Assembly: GCA_002189035.1 (NCBI GenBank) | Contig: NEEC01000013.1 | Coordinates: 434,001-498,000 of the forward strand | DNA length: 64,000 bases | Source of the DNA: Utricularia gibba | Taxonomy: Eukaryota > Plantae > Magnoliophyta | Direction: 5' to 3' | Part shown: positions 38,091 to 51,800 of the stretch, in pieces | Layout: the number at the start of each line of letters is the position of its first letter | Numbering within the stretch: the first letter of the stretch is position 1 | Notes under the pieces: generated by a model | What the model was told of the DNA's origin: nothing | Databases searched by the model: none | Seen by the model: only the letters and a program-made list of their open reading frames with translations | Translations under genes and position numbers: made by a program

Positions 38091-41000
38091 TCGAAAATAT
38101 ATCTTTTTCCTATGATTTATGACTATTGTAATTGTGTGTATAAAATATACATGAATAATGTATACAAAGTAGTTAAGAGAAAAATGATAAGAACTATTCA
38201 TTGCTTTCTATTCAAACTTTTGACATAATATCACCATTGATTTTCTCTTTAAAAAAAGATTTTAGATCACATCTTCTTCAGATTTCCCACCATCATTCTT
38301 CCTTGGTTTTGGATTCTCTTCCGCTTGTATGATTCAATGAAAAAGCAAGACTTAATAATAGTTATTCCTCAGGCACTAGAACCTCATTCCTCTTACTATA
38401 TTCTCTTAGTGGATCATGCGAATATGATGTTGGTCTCATTGGTTCTTTCTACATGCGACTATCTCACTTAGGCAAGGTCTTTTACTCTATAGCTCTTAAT
38501 TTGCAATAAGCTAGGGTTTCTTATTGGGAAAATTGTACAACTAGAGAAGTAAATCTACAACTATAATAAGAGGAGGCATTGTAATGACCCCATTGAGTCA
38601 CAGCTTCACCATTCAATTGATAAAGCCATCCTTCCAACATTCTTACTATACAAATCAAAACAATTAGGCAAAAATGGCAACAATACAAAATTATAGATAT
38701 AGCAAATATATCACGGAAGAATATTATAGGCCAAAGGTTAATTCTATTGGCTTTACTTACAATAGGCTTACTAATCTTTTCAAAGAAACTTTCCATTTAC
38801 CATCAAAAGGCACAAAGTAGTTTAGAGAAGAAAAAATTAAATCCCAAAAGGGTCAGGGAATCACTTCCTCATCAGTTAATGTGACTAAAAATATTGTAGC
38901 TATTGAACATGCTAAGAGCTCCTCCCAAAGAACCAGTCAACCATAAGGACTAAATGAAATTTTGATTTTAGAACAATTCAAAAAGTATACTTGAATTTGT
39001 CAAATAGAGGATGGTGGTATATTAGTAACCACCCCCATCACACAAAAGTAAATAAAGGATAATGATCAATCAAACCCTTCTACACATTAGGAAAAATGTG
39101 GTGTCTAAGGTAAATCTTTTTTGGTGGCATAGACACATCATGCTTTTGCACTCAAGAGTATTTGAATAATTGATTCTGGAGCAAATGAAAATATGTGTTT
39201 TAACCAAAATCTCTTTCAATGCATTGATGATACTAATTGCTATGTTAAATTTCTTGATGGGAGAATAATCTTCATCCACAAGAGAGAAACATTAAGAATC
39301 AATCCTAAGATATGTATAAAGGATGTAGTTTACATACATTACTTTAATATTAACTTATTATTAGTACATAAATCAATAGTAAGATATAATGTCATTTTTT
39401 CCTGTGGGTCTTGACATTTTTTATTTTATAATACTCATCTACTTATATGATGATTAGAAAGACTAGACAAGATAGTGCCCTATATTTTGTAGATCAAGCA
39501 AGCATTTTGAATTTTGTGAAAGAGAATGTTAGCTTTGATAACTTACATGTTGATAAATGTTTTTTTGGTTCTTTTGCAACTTGTGAACATTTTGATTTAT
39601 GACATTGTCAGTTAGTCCATCCTTCACATCCTAGTCTAAATCACTTAACCACACCATTTCCTTTTATTAAAAGCATGCACAATAAAAATATGTCTATGTT
39701 CTCAAGCTAAGATATGAAAAAAATGTATTTACTACTCATTGATTGCATACTTATAGGTGATATCTTACATGTAAATAGTTGAGACTCCTATAAAACCCCT
39801 AAATTTTTTTTTCTATAGTAGATGATGGTGGACTACTTAAGTATGTTTTGTGAGAAAAAAAATGAGTCATTTAGTATATTAAATTTATTTGACAAGCTTG
39901 TTTGAAATAAGTTCTTTATAGATATCAAAACCATTAAGTCGAATTACAAAAAAAAATTCTTCTCCTTGAATTTTGTTGATGCAGGTACTGAACTTCTGCT
40001 ATCACATGTGGAAACCTAGAGCAAATGGAATAATTGAATGAAGGAATCAATAGTTACTGAATATATTTGGGGCACTGTTGTTTCAAGTCTATCTACTATA
40101 GAATTCTAGGGATATGCTATGTTGGTATCCCATGAACAATTTTGTTTTTCCACACCCTATGAGAAAAAAATATCCTAAGAGAAGCTAGTGGGTAAGACTT
40201 CAAATAATGAGAGACTAATGGCTAGATTGTTCCAGGCATGTATTGACTGAAGCCACATGAAACATGAGGTTTTAACAAAAAGAGCTTGTTTGGTAATTCG
40301 GTTTGGAAACATCTAGGTGTTTTAGAGATCTTGCCTGAAACCTTTATCGATTATCCTCTTCTTCTTTTTAATTCACCTCTCATTTAAGTTTGAGAAAATC
40401 TATGATTCCAAGCAACTTCAGAGCCAATTTTTCCCTTTCAACTTTCTTTTGCCTCTCATCTCTATCTCCAACTTAAATATTCTAGCACAAATCAAGTAGG
40501 TTCTATTTAATTTTTTTGGTTTCAAATTTGGGATTCTATTTTCATGGGTTGAATTTCTCATTTAAGTTTTGACATATGACTTTCATAGGTATGGGTTTGA
40601 TGCTTGGCATCTATCATTTTCGATTCTTGTATTTTTATTGGATTTGTGATTCAAGAATCTCAATTACTGAATCTTAGATATTATTCTTGATTGCTTATTG
40701 GATATGTGATTCTAAAATCTTGTTTTCAAATTTGATGGGTTGTTTGATTCAATAGGAGACATGCTCCCCTCAAGAGTTAGAATTGTTATACTAGTAGTGG
40801 CACATCTTGTGCAAGAGGAATTATACATGACTCATATTATGGTTCCGCTGATCTTAGAATCTTATCTTGTATCTTCATAGCATAGACTCAATGCTCATAT
40901 GCTAAACAGATACCAAGGCAAATTGAGCATTTGAATGCTTGTTTCATTGATGAAAGAAGTTTCAGTTTAGAGAAATTGGGACTCAGTAAGGATGCATTCA

Positions 41001-43049
41001 ACCAATTGGTCTATCTTCTCAAAGGTTATGAGAATTTTAAACCTTTTAAATACTTAGATGTGGTAGAGGGAGTAGTAATTTTTCTGTTAGCAATATCTCA
41101 TCATTGAAAAGCATGTGATGAAAAATTTAGTTTCTAGAATTCATCTTGGACAATATCTATGTATTTTAGCAAGGTTCTTGTAGCAGTTCTTGCATTGCAT
41201 CAAAGGCTGATGAAAAAGCCTACTATTGACAATTCTAGCCCAACATCCAAGTTCATTTTTTAAGCTTATTGATTTCCTATTTGATTTATCAACTAAACTG
41301 CAATTTTTTTTTTTAAGTTCTTTCATTCTTCTTGTAGAATTATCTAAGTGCACTAGATGGTTCTTATTTTGATGTACTTGGAGTTTTTGATGATAGACAT
41401 ATGTTTATTTATATCTTAGATGGTTTGGAAGGATCTGCTACAGATAAAAAAGTGCTTCATGATTCAATTTGCCATATAAAAGCAGTCATAGTGTGCAAAG
41501 GTAATGCAGTGCAGACTTATTTACAATTTGTTTAAGCTTCATGACTGAAAATTTAATTTATGTATGCTTCTATTATTTTCTTGATAATGACTATACAAAT
41601 AGTGATGGTTTTCTTGCACCATATAGAAGTGTATGCTACCATCTTAAAGAATGAGATGCATGTTTAGGAGGGCTATAAAATGCACGAGAGTTTTTCAACA
41701 AGAGGCATGTGAGTACAAGAAAGGTTATTGAGAAAGCATGGGAGCTAATGAAAATGAGATAGAGAATAGTTTGTAATTTTAGTTACTACCATATTAAGAA
41801 TAAAAATAGAATTATTCTTGCTTGTGCTATCCTCCATAATTTCCTTCGACTAGAGATGCCTACAGATCCATATGAGGAAGAAGTCATTGAGGATTCAACT
41901 AACCTTAATGCCCAAAAGTATGAAACTAAAGAATATGACATACTGAGCATTGAGAATATAGAAGCCCAAATAGTAAAATTTCACAAAACATCTGCACATT
42001 TATGAGTGACAAGATAAAAACAAAACTTGATAGTAGTAAAATGTGATAAGTAGCAAGATTTTTACATACTATGCTCACATATATACACTATAAATAGTAA
42101 AGAACAAAGAATATGTAATTAACTGTTTTTTTTAGTTTATGGGTTCTTTTTTTTTTAGCTTTAATCCTTTGATTATGATGAAGATCAAAGAATATGTAAC
42201 AAACTGTTTTTCTTAATATAGATTGTATATTTGAAATGAAATAAAAACAAACATGCAAACGTAGCCAACAAACTTGTTTTGTCCAGGTAAAATGAAAAAT
42301 TCAAACAAAGGCATTCATAGCAAGAGGGCAATGACCTAAGCTATGCCAAACAAAAGAAGAACTCCTACATTTAACACACTTCACCGCAAGGTCCTTGCAA
42401 GGTCAACCATTATGATCTTACATTCAACATTAGAGCTCTCAAGAAACAATTGTAGCTTCGTTGCATTTTTTATGATCATCTCTATAATAGATATTCTTTG
42501 CATGGTGCTAATTGAAGTGACATTCCCCTAATGATATCACTAGCCACTCGACCCCTATCTTTGTGATCCTTACTCTCAAAAACAAGAATCTCACCTAATT
42601 GACAAATTTCTGCATTGATACGGTTGTTCATTTCTTTCAACTACTCAATAAAGGCATCAAGTTCTACTGGACTCCACAGCAAGATCATCATCTAGAGACA
42701 CTTAATCTTACATGAATCTGCTGAAAATGAAGAAGAAGCTTCAAAAGTGGGAGTATCATCAATCTAATGGTGGTTAGATGGTGTTTCTATATACCTTAGA
42801 TATTTGGTTGCTTCCAAATAATTCACAACATATGTAAAGACTTCATCTGTTATTGATTCAATAGCTTGAGCATCATTCTCTACAAATTCAATAATGATTC
42901 TATTATAAAAAATGAACCACTAGTGTTAAGTGTCATTTTCTAATTATTTATTAGGTATTATTATGTATTAATTTAGTACTAAGTCGCCCAATTAGGAGTC
43001 TTATTATTAAGTATTAGATTTTTATTAGAAAAATCCTATTTTCCCAATT

Positions 43050-44019
43050 TGTATATATTTTCTGTCTTTTTTCTCACACTTTGATCGAGACATTTCAAAA
43101 GACTGTCGTGGAGTGTTGCAGGAGTATTGCAGATGGTCAGACTCTGAGTTTTCGTGCCTTGTACGCGACTTGGAACAATTGTGGGTGGAAAACTGACACT
43201 AGTCAAGGCCCCTGACTTACGGCATGTCAGAGTCTGTAGAAATGATTGGATGCTAACTTGCACACAAAGGAAGTCTGGTGGCGCATGCAAGACAGAAGGA
43301 ATGATGGGAAGGGGACCCAAAGGAGTTAATGCACGTGGAGGAGTGATATAAAATCCATTTGGAGCACTTAGTTTCGAACTTTTGCCATTTTCCTTTCTAG
43401 ACTTAGAACATTTTGAGTTCTTCCTCCCCTCCAAGGAGGAAGAACACTTAGCTTTCAATTTCCTTTCTGTTTTCATAGCCCTTTCGTGCTTAAAACCTTT
43501 AGTTTCTGGGAGTAGATGAAATTTCGTTCCAAGTCTTGAGCAATACACTCGGTTCTTCGCTGAATTCAATTCGGATTCTGCATACTTCCACGCATATTGT
43601 TGCAGTCTTTCTGTAACGACTCCTAGTCAAGGTCCATGAGTAGCAGGCCACTCCTCGCAGATTTTAGTGAAGATCAAGGTAAAGAGCACCAACTCCAACC
43701 CTGCCGGTTCGAGGGAAGTCGCGGATTGTTTGTGGTCTAGGTACCGTGATAGTGGACATGTTGTGACCTCAGACCTGCCACTAGCCATTGACAATAGTTG
43801 GGCACACGCGCGCAATTCAGTTTTGAAGGCAATTCTCTTGTCTTCCTAATCGTCCAAGGGGGAATCACATGAGGCTATTCCCGTGCTTCCTAGTAGGCTA
43901 TTCCTTGCTCCTATAACCAGCTATTCGGAAGAAATCAGTGGAAACCGAGGCAAGGATGGACAAAGGAAGGAGATGGAATCTTATTCCTAGGAACTGCGTA
44001 CCATAGTCAAAGCCCATCA
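43050..44019. mobile_element. Retrotransposon-derived fragment (probably Tat-like) inside the Harbinger element
   Basis: GC-richer insert with TG...CA-like ends on the minus strand but no matching TSD. GCGCGCAATTCAGTTTTGAA resembles GCACGAAATTCTGTTTTGAA at about 31507 in the Tat-like element. Confidence 0.4.
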
Positions 44020-44412
44020 CTTAGGTTATAACTTTTAAAAACCCCCTTTTGTAAAACTATGACATTTTGTGAAAGTTTCTTACAAACACTTTTCACGAAA
44101 AACAACTCCCTAAGATCGATACTCGTACTACGCTTTTTGTGTTTTACGTTTTATAAATATTTAAAATTTGTTGAGGAAAACGACATGCAACAATTATTCA
44201 CTATAAAAAGGCCACTGCTTGAACCCCAAAATGTTATATACCTTCTCATTGTGGTTCAAGTAAGACCAGATAACAACAAAAAGATAACGAAGAATGTTCT
44301 AGTGTTACTTCTTTGAATTCCATCCACATGTCTTCAGATGCATCCAACATATTATTCATGCTATTAAAACCCGTGCTTGATTTGTTCAAAAAATTATAAA
44401 TAATTTGGTGCT

Positions 44413-45769
44413 TAATAACATATGATTTTTACTGTTTTTATGATATGAAAATTATAATATTTTAATTATGTTTTAGTTGTTTATTTTATAGTTTCAAATA
44501 TTTTTCCAAAATATAACAAGTGTATGAATTTATATGCATATGAGCTAAATCCTTTGATTTAGTTCATTCTATGTTATAAATCATTTTTGAGTCTAGCAAC
44601 AAGTCCCAAAAACCAGGAAAGGACACAAGGATTTCGTGCAAGTAGCCAGTTCGCAGAGGAGCAGTATAAAAGAAGGGATAATGAGTGCATTATCACTGCA
44701 ACAAATTGCAAGTCCGGGGTAGGAGCAGTAGCACTGTCAGTGATCATACTTGCTTAGGGAGATGAAGAAAGAAAATATTTTTTTTAGGAAAGGGAGAGAA
44801 TTGAAGTGAGCTTCAGCAGCAACAAAAGAACATACACACACAAAGAAGTTCCAAAAACATTGAACCAACAAAGAGAAGAAGACCATTTTTATGAGAGAAA
44901 AACCTTCAATATGAAGAACAAGCTCAAGAACCTAGTTTAGCACTATTATTTCTAGCTGTGAACAGTAGTTAACGGAAGCAAAAACTCATTTTACTTTTGT
45001 TATCGTTAGACAACTATTTTACTTTTCTTATTATTTTTTCTAGCATTGGATATGATGACATTCTCAATTTATGTTTATGAAAGCTTGCTTATGGTATTAA
45101 TTATGAGTGATTAGATTTAGGAGATGCCTTAGGGGTAAGGAAGGTGGTGTAAAATGAGTGCATAGTTTGATTGTAATTTTCACACAATAGTTGGGTGTAT
45201 TACTTGTCTCGGGCAGATCTAAGGGATAAATAAACCAGATACATAAATTAAATCCTCAACTTGAAGGTAGGCCAAAAAGTTGAGACAAGATTATTAGGTG
45301 TTACTCCTGAGTAGAGAAGAACTGGATAAACCTAATTCTATGTATTCCATAATTGGGTAGACTTATACGTGGAATGGATTGGGACACTAGGGATTATTGT
45401 AGCAAAAAAATATAAGAATAACCTAGGTAGACTTATGTTGTTTGGGGTTATGAAAGTTTGAAATTGTATATTAAATTAGGGGTTTGTTTACCACACCATC
45501 AGAATACTCTGATGCATCATATTACTCTTTATGCAAAATTTGAGTTATTTATCTTTTGCATTGTCATTTGCTGCGAATTTCTTGTCTTGTATGTTAATGT
45601 TAATCTCGGATCCGATAAAAACACTTAACAAGCATTTGCTTCTTGATTGACCCCAAACTTCCACTATGCATTTTATGTTTAATTTGTATTTTGTGAAAAC
45701 TATGAATTACAAATTTATTTGATACGAAATTTGATTTTATTAGAACAATATCAAATTTTTCATTTATCA
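44413..45769 (+). mobile_element. Athila-like solo LTR (about 1.36 kb) interrupting Harbinger ORF1
   Basis: Starts TAATAACA (decayed TGATAACA) and ends TTTTTCATTTATCA. Flanks GTGCT/GTTAT are a degenerate TSD (3/5). The Myb/SANT reading continues across it. Confidence 0.75.
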
Positions 45770-46099
45770 GTTATCCTTCTTCCAATTATACACCTTTGAT
45801 TGAAGATGAGTTGTGACTCGAATATTTGCTCTTGGACTCAGCTTAAAAAAAGATTCTTCAAGTGCTTGAAGATAATTTCCATTAAAACCATTTTCTATAC
45901 TTCAAACTCCATCTATGATTTCTTTCAAGTCTTGTACCAAAACCACTCCTCATCAAGTTTCCATTGGCGCTTCATCTTCACACCTTCACCACTCTTCTTG
46001 GATGATTGTTTACCCACTTTACTGTCAAAGAAAACCAAGATCAGAATCAAATGAAGACAAAATAGAAAATATAGGGTGTTTAGATTAAAATAATTGTGT

Positions 46100-46910
46100 C
46101 ACACAAAAAGTTTTACCAAATTACCTGTTATTTTTTTTTGTTATGAAAATGCCTGTGATTTATGAATTCATTGCCAAAATACCTACATTTTATCTCAATA
46201 TTATTTTGGGTATGTAAACCTACAACTGACACATTGACTCGATTAGCATAGTATTGAATAAATTGATAGAAATTCAAAAAATAATAATTGGTCCAAATTT
46301 TTTAAATGAGGATTTTAAATTTTATTATTGAAATTTATTTTTTTGCAGAATTTTAATCAAAATTCGAATTGTGGAAATCTATTAAATTAAATTTTAAATT
46401 TTATGTTTCCGGAAAAAATATGTTGTGAAAAATAATTTAACAAAATGGAAGTCAAATCTTTCTATTTCCTAAAAATATAATACTATTCAAAATTTTTAGT
46501 ATTAATAGAATAAAATTCAAGTATATTTAAAAAAAAAACTCTTCAAAATGTATCTTCTTAAATATTTTGAATTTTTGCTTTTAAAATATATTGCATTGTT
46601 TTTTAATTCTTCTCAAATTTCTATTTTTGAATCTAATTCTAAATCTGAAATTTTCCAAATTTCTAATATAGATGTGAATGGAATTAAAAAAAAATCGTGA
46701 AATTGAATAATAAGATATTTAGAAGCTTTTTGGTAATAAAATATTTGATTAAAAATAACAGGCAATTAAACCCATAAACATAAAAAAACAATAATTAATA
46801 ATACTGCATGCATTAAATGTCAAATCGTAGGTATTTTGATAACTTTTTTAAAAGAAACAAGTATTTTAGAAAAAAAAAATCCTTACACAGGCAATTTAAT
46901 AAATTTCTCG
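46100..46910. mobile_element. MULE-like MITE with long imperfect TIRs
   Basis: AAATTACCTG near 46118 is mirrored by CAGGCAATTT near 46888, and CAAAATACCTAC near 46175 by GTAGGTATTTTG near 46828. AT-rich non-coding interior. Confidence 0.5.
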
Positions 46911-48802
46911 GTGCCCTTGCTATTCTTTACCCTAATTCCTCGCTCAACTCAAATTGAATCCATCATAAGTTTCATTTTTATAGATTGAAAAACTAGACAG
47001 ATTGGTGGAAAATGAAAAAATTTTGGCAGATAATTGTGGTGCCTAAATTGATGCCACTAGAAGGACAGAAATGAAGATTCCATATAATTATAAGGTTATA
47101 GTTGGCATTTTAATATATAATATTTTAATCTATCTAAACTTAATCAATCATATCAAATCAATAATTTTACTAAACCATAATAATTTCAGCACACCTACCA
47201 AACAAACACATCTTTTTTAACTAATATCCATGGGTTTATTTATACCATAATAACACAACCCCTAATAAGTTAAATACACATAACAAATGAGCTCTAAGGG
47301 TTTTGGAATGCCTTTCCTTTGGCACTACTCTCAAGAGAAATTGCTGTAAACTAGATGAAAGTGGAAAATTCTATGTTTTTATCGGATAGCCACAAGGTAT
47401 TAAAGGGGATTACCTGTATGATCTGCAAATTAAGGAAGTTTTTGTATCTAGGCATGTGATATTTCATGAAGGAATCTTTCCATTTTTTTTCAAAATTTTC
47501 GAAATAGATGAACTTTCCAGCACATCTTAAGGAAGTATTGCAGAAGAAAATTCAAGATAACACCAAGACCATTACTTGAATAGGCTATACCATATTCTAC
47601 CACTAACTAGCTCAATGAGTGAAGTGCTTACTTCCCCAATCAGCCCAAGGAGCCCACCAGCTCCATTAAGGCCCAGTCTACAATAAGACCCAAGAAACAT
47701 GGATGCTTTTGGAACAAAAAAGAGATCCATGTTCACCTTCTCCACAAAACTAGAAAGGCAAAAGGGGGATTGGCGACTACCCAATTATCTTCACATATAT
47801 GAGCATAATATGAGAGATCCATAGATAAAGAAAGATTGATATCCACTCATTGCCATTATTAGTACCGAAAGACTTAGTAATGGGCATCATCGGTTCATCA
47901 AAGATCTATCAAAGACCCATGAGCCAATGATGTATGAAGAGGCCACACAATATCTAGAATGGATTGCAGCAATGGAGTCAGAATTATCTACTTTAGAAGT
48001 GAGCAGATGTAGAAAATCATCTCAGTCCCACAACAAATAAAATTGATCAAATGCAAGTAGATGTTCAAGATTAAGATGAATATTGATGAGCTAATAGAGA
48101 GGCATATGGCAAGCTTAGTTGCAAAAGGATAGTCAGGTACATGGTTTTGATTACATTGAAACTTTTAGCTCTATAGACAACATACCATTGTTAAATTATT
48201 TTTCATTTTGGACTTAAAAAAATCATGGAGCCTTAGAAAAATTGATATGCATGATGCCTAATTTAATCGTTGCTTGGACAAAAAGATTTACATGAATTTA
48301 CCACTAAGATATGAAGCTAATAGCATGCACGAAAATTGAAAAACCAGTTTGTGTTCCTAAGAAAGTGATATATGGACTTAAACAAGCATCAACACAATGG
48401 AATGAATTAAGGTGTTTTGGTGGAGTATGGTTCATATAATCACAAATTGATCACTCCTTATTCAAAATGCACTCAAAAGAGGTTAATTTTATTGCTTTGT
48501 TGATTTATGTAAATGATATAGTTGTAGGCAGTAATTCAAATAGAGGAATTGATGAATGGTTGATAAATCTTAGTTAAAAGTTTAGAACTCGTGATATTGG
48601 GAAACTTAAATATTTCCTACGACTTAAGGTGGCATGGAACAAAAATCGGATAAACTTGTGTCCGAGAAAATAAAAACATGATTTGCTCTCGGAATATGGT
48701 TTGCTTGCTACAAAATGAGTGCATACAGCACTTATTCATGATATAAAATGGAGGATGAAACCTCCTCTATACTTTGAGATGTCACAAAGCATAGAAAACT
48801 GT

Positions 48803-51800
48803 TGTAAGAAGTCTATAGCTCACTAATTGGGAACCTGTGCTTGAGAGGCAAGACTTAAACTTAACGAAGAATGTGTACAAAAAGGTATATTGTTACATGC
48901 TTGTTTTTCTATTTATAGGCCATTCTTTGTGATCGTTGAATACAAGTGTATACCTACACCTGCTTTGCAGGTTATCGTTGGCATATAATCAGGCCAGCTT
49001 GGGTTTTGGTCCTTTCCTTAAGCACAGACTTGGGATGCTTGCTCCAAGCAAATACGTAGTCTTCCACCATTGGGGACTGGTATTCAGCCCCATACCTGCT
49101 CATTCATCCATCGGTTTTCTCAAGTCTTGATAACAAATATTTTTGAGTGATTAAATTTATGGAAAAGATTCATATTGTGCTACAAAAATCAAGTTTTACT
49201 GTCTAATTCTATATTTTTGCGCATAAGTACCATAGTTGTGTTATTTTAGTCTTAGATGGGACTAAATCGTAGATTTAGTTCCAACCTTCTAATAGTTTCC
49301 TTCGAGCAATGCAGCACAGGTCGCAACACAAATCCAAATGAGCCAAATATGAACAGTGTAGTGGCAGAGGGGGAGGCAGAAATCTAAAAAGAAGTACACA
49401 CAAAATCCAAGGAAGAGAAAAATGCGGATTTTGGATAAAAAGGAGGACAAGATAGAGAGAGAAACAGATCTCCTCATTGGAGACTCACGACACATTTTTT
49501 CTAGAGAAGGTTTTCTGGGGGGGGGGAAGGAGGAAGACGAACAGGAACTAAGCTGATGCTTGAAAACTATTTTATGTTTCCAAAAATTATTACTCTTAGC
49601 TAAGAATAACTAGCGACGTTTCCAGCTTTTTATTGAACTTTTAAATTCCTTGCTTGTTTATTTTTTGGTAGTCAACTATAAGATGAGTACAATGTGGATG
49701 ATGTTTTCTTTTCTATTTTCGTTCATCTTCAGCATGAGTGGCTAAGTACTTAGGGGTGTCTTGGGGTGAAAGGAGGATAGATGTGCTAATCAATCTTTAG
49801 ACCTAATCAACTATATGTCATGCCACTTACTTAACAAACCAGGATAGATTCAGGAGGGGGAAGTAGTGAAACCCAGCTTAACAACCCTAATTATAGGTAG
49901 ACTAAAGATTAGGGGGAAAATAAGAGTCCGGGTAAACCTAGACCTTGTGAGTTAGTTGTATGATTTATGGTTTGTACGAGCATGTTTAGTGATAAGCATA
50001 CATCCCCTGGGAATCCCAAGAGATCACCCATTTCATTCCAGAAACAACTGAGCTCCAAAACTTATTATTTTTCTTTACTGTATTCCGTTGTAGTTCTGTC
50101 TTAGTCCTAGTTAAGACCAATTCTATCAACGTGAAATTGATTCCTTACATTAACCTTCACATAGCAAGCACCTAGCTCCTTGTGTTCGACCCTAGTCCAC
50201 TATGCTCATATTTTTCATATGATTTGATGTGAATTAGGTTTATAAATTTTATTTGATAGGAGAAATTTTCAAATTAACGACTTTGTACAAATTTTTCATT
50301 TATCAAGTCCCTCTTTCGTTTTTCTTCTTCTTCACCGCACGCAGCATATTCCAGCACAACTTCAGGGTTTGCAGTAGGCCTCATGAGATTGTCCAAGATT
50401 AGATCATCATTAGCTAACACTCCCCCCCTGATGGGGTAATTTTGACTACTCCGGGCCTTCGTGGAGTTTAGGGTAAAGCAGCTTGGTCAGGGCGTCTGCG
50501 ATTTCGTCTTCTGAGGGTACATATTCGAGCCTTATCCGCTGGTTTTTGATATAGTCTCTTATCACATGAAATTTGATCTGGATATGCTTGCTCCTTTCGA
50601 ATTGAATAGGATTTTTAGCCATGCTAATTGCCGATTTGTTGTCAACCATGAGTGGTGTGGGCTTGATTGCTTTAACCTCTAAGTCTGATATAATTTTCTA
50701 TGTTCAGATTGCATGATTTGTTGCTGCGGTTGCTGCCATATACTCAGCCTCCGCTGAGGATTGTGCTATGACGTCTTGTTTTTTGCTGCTCCATGTTATT
50801 GTTGTGTCTCCAATAATGAATAGGTATCCACTTGTTGATTTGAGATCCTTGTTGTCTCATGAAAAATCAATATCCATATAGCACTTGAGATTAAATTTAG
50901 TGTTTTTGTGAAATAGCAGTCCATGATTTATAGAGCTTCTAATATACTTCAGAATTTTCAGAGCGCACTCAAGATGATTCTGGTGCAGCTTGGCTAGAAA
51001 CTTGGATAGCAAACTCAATAAGAAGGCTATGTCTGGTCTAGAAGCAATAAGGTACATAAGTACCCTAATTACACTTCTGCACGTTGACTCTTCTATTAAA
51101 ATGTTAGGGTCATATAGTGTTCTTCCTATAACTGTGTCTGTAGGGACTGGCTTGCATTCTAGTGAAATCGGTACTAGTATATGCTTCCTTTCTTGAGTTT
51201 AAATCTCCTGATCAATTCCTTAGAGTATTTCATTTGTGACAAGAAGATGTAGTCTTTAGTTTGCATAATTTCCATGCCTAAGAAGTAAGTCATCTCATCA
51301 AGGTCTGATATCTAAAATGCATTCATGAGCCTTTTCTTTTGTTCCTTAATTGAATTCTCATCATCTTCAGTTATCAATATATCATCCACGCATAAGGAGA
51401 TTATAACTCTTTTTGAATTTTTTATTTCCAATATGTATAGCTTTGTATCATTCATACTCCTCTTGAATCCTTGTTCTCTAAAATGTGCATCAATTCTACT
51501 GTACCACTCCCTTGGCGCCTACTTCAATCCATATAGCGCCTTTCGTAGTAATAACACGTTATCTTCATGTCCTTCTTTTCGGAAACAAGGTGGTTGTGAG
51601 ACGTATATATCCTCATTCAGTATGCCATTCTAGAATGCAGACTTGACATCAAGATGGTAGATCCTCTAGTTTTTGCAAGCTGCTACCCCAATCAGAATCT
51701 TTATTGTATCTAGCCTCACTAGAAGTGCGAAAGTTTCGAAATAATCAATACCTTCCTTTTTTGAGTATCCTTTAGCTACAAGTCTCACCTTTAATTTATT

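Larger units (their letters stand above)
40219..47294. mobile_element. PIF/Harbinger DNA transposon inserted in the Copia-A integrase
   Basis: TAA TSD (40216-40218 and 47295-47297); removing it restores the host reading E-R-L-R-V-L-E-C. Degenerate TIRs. Broken DDE transposase on + at about 40800-41950 (ALDGSY, EGSATD, GFLAPYR, ILACAILHNFL). Myb/SANT-like ORF1 on - from about 46050 to 42330 (KVYNWKKD, GFNSMNNMLDASEDMW). Confidence 0.85.

Noticed and set aside
43036-43569. 177-aa minus-strand ORF, one of the longer ORFs in the track
   Set aside because: Lies in a retrotransposon-derived fragment nested in a Harbinger; low-complexity K/S-rich with no recognisable domain.
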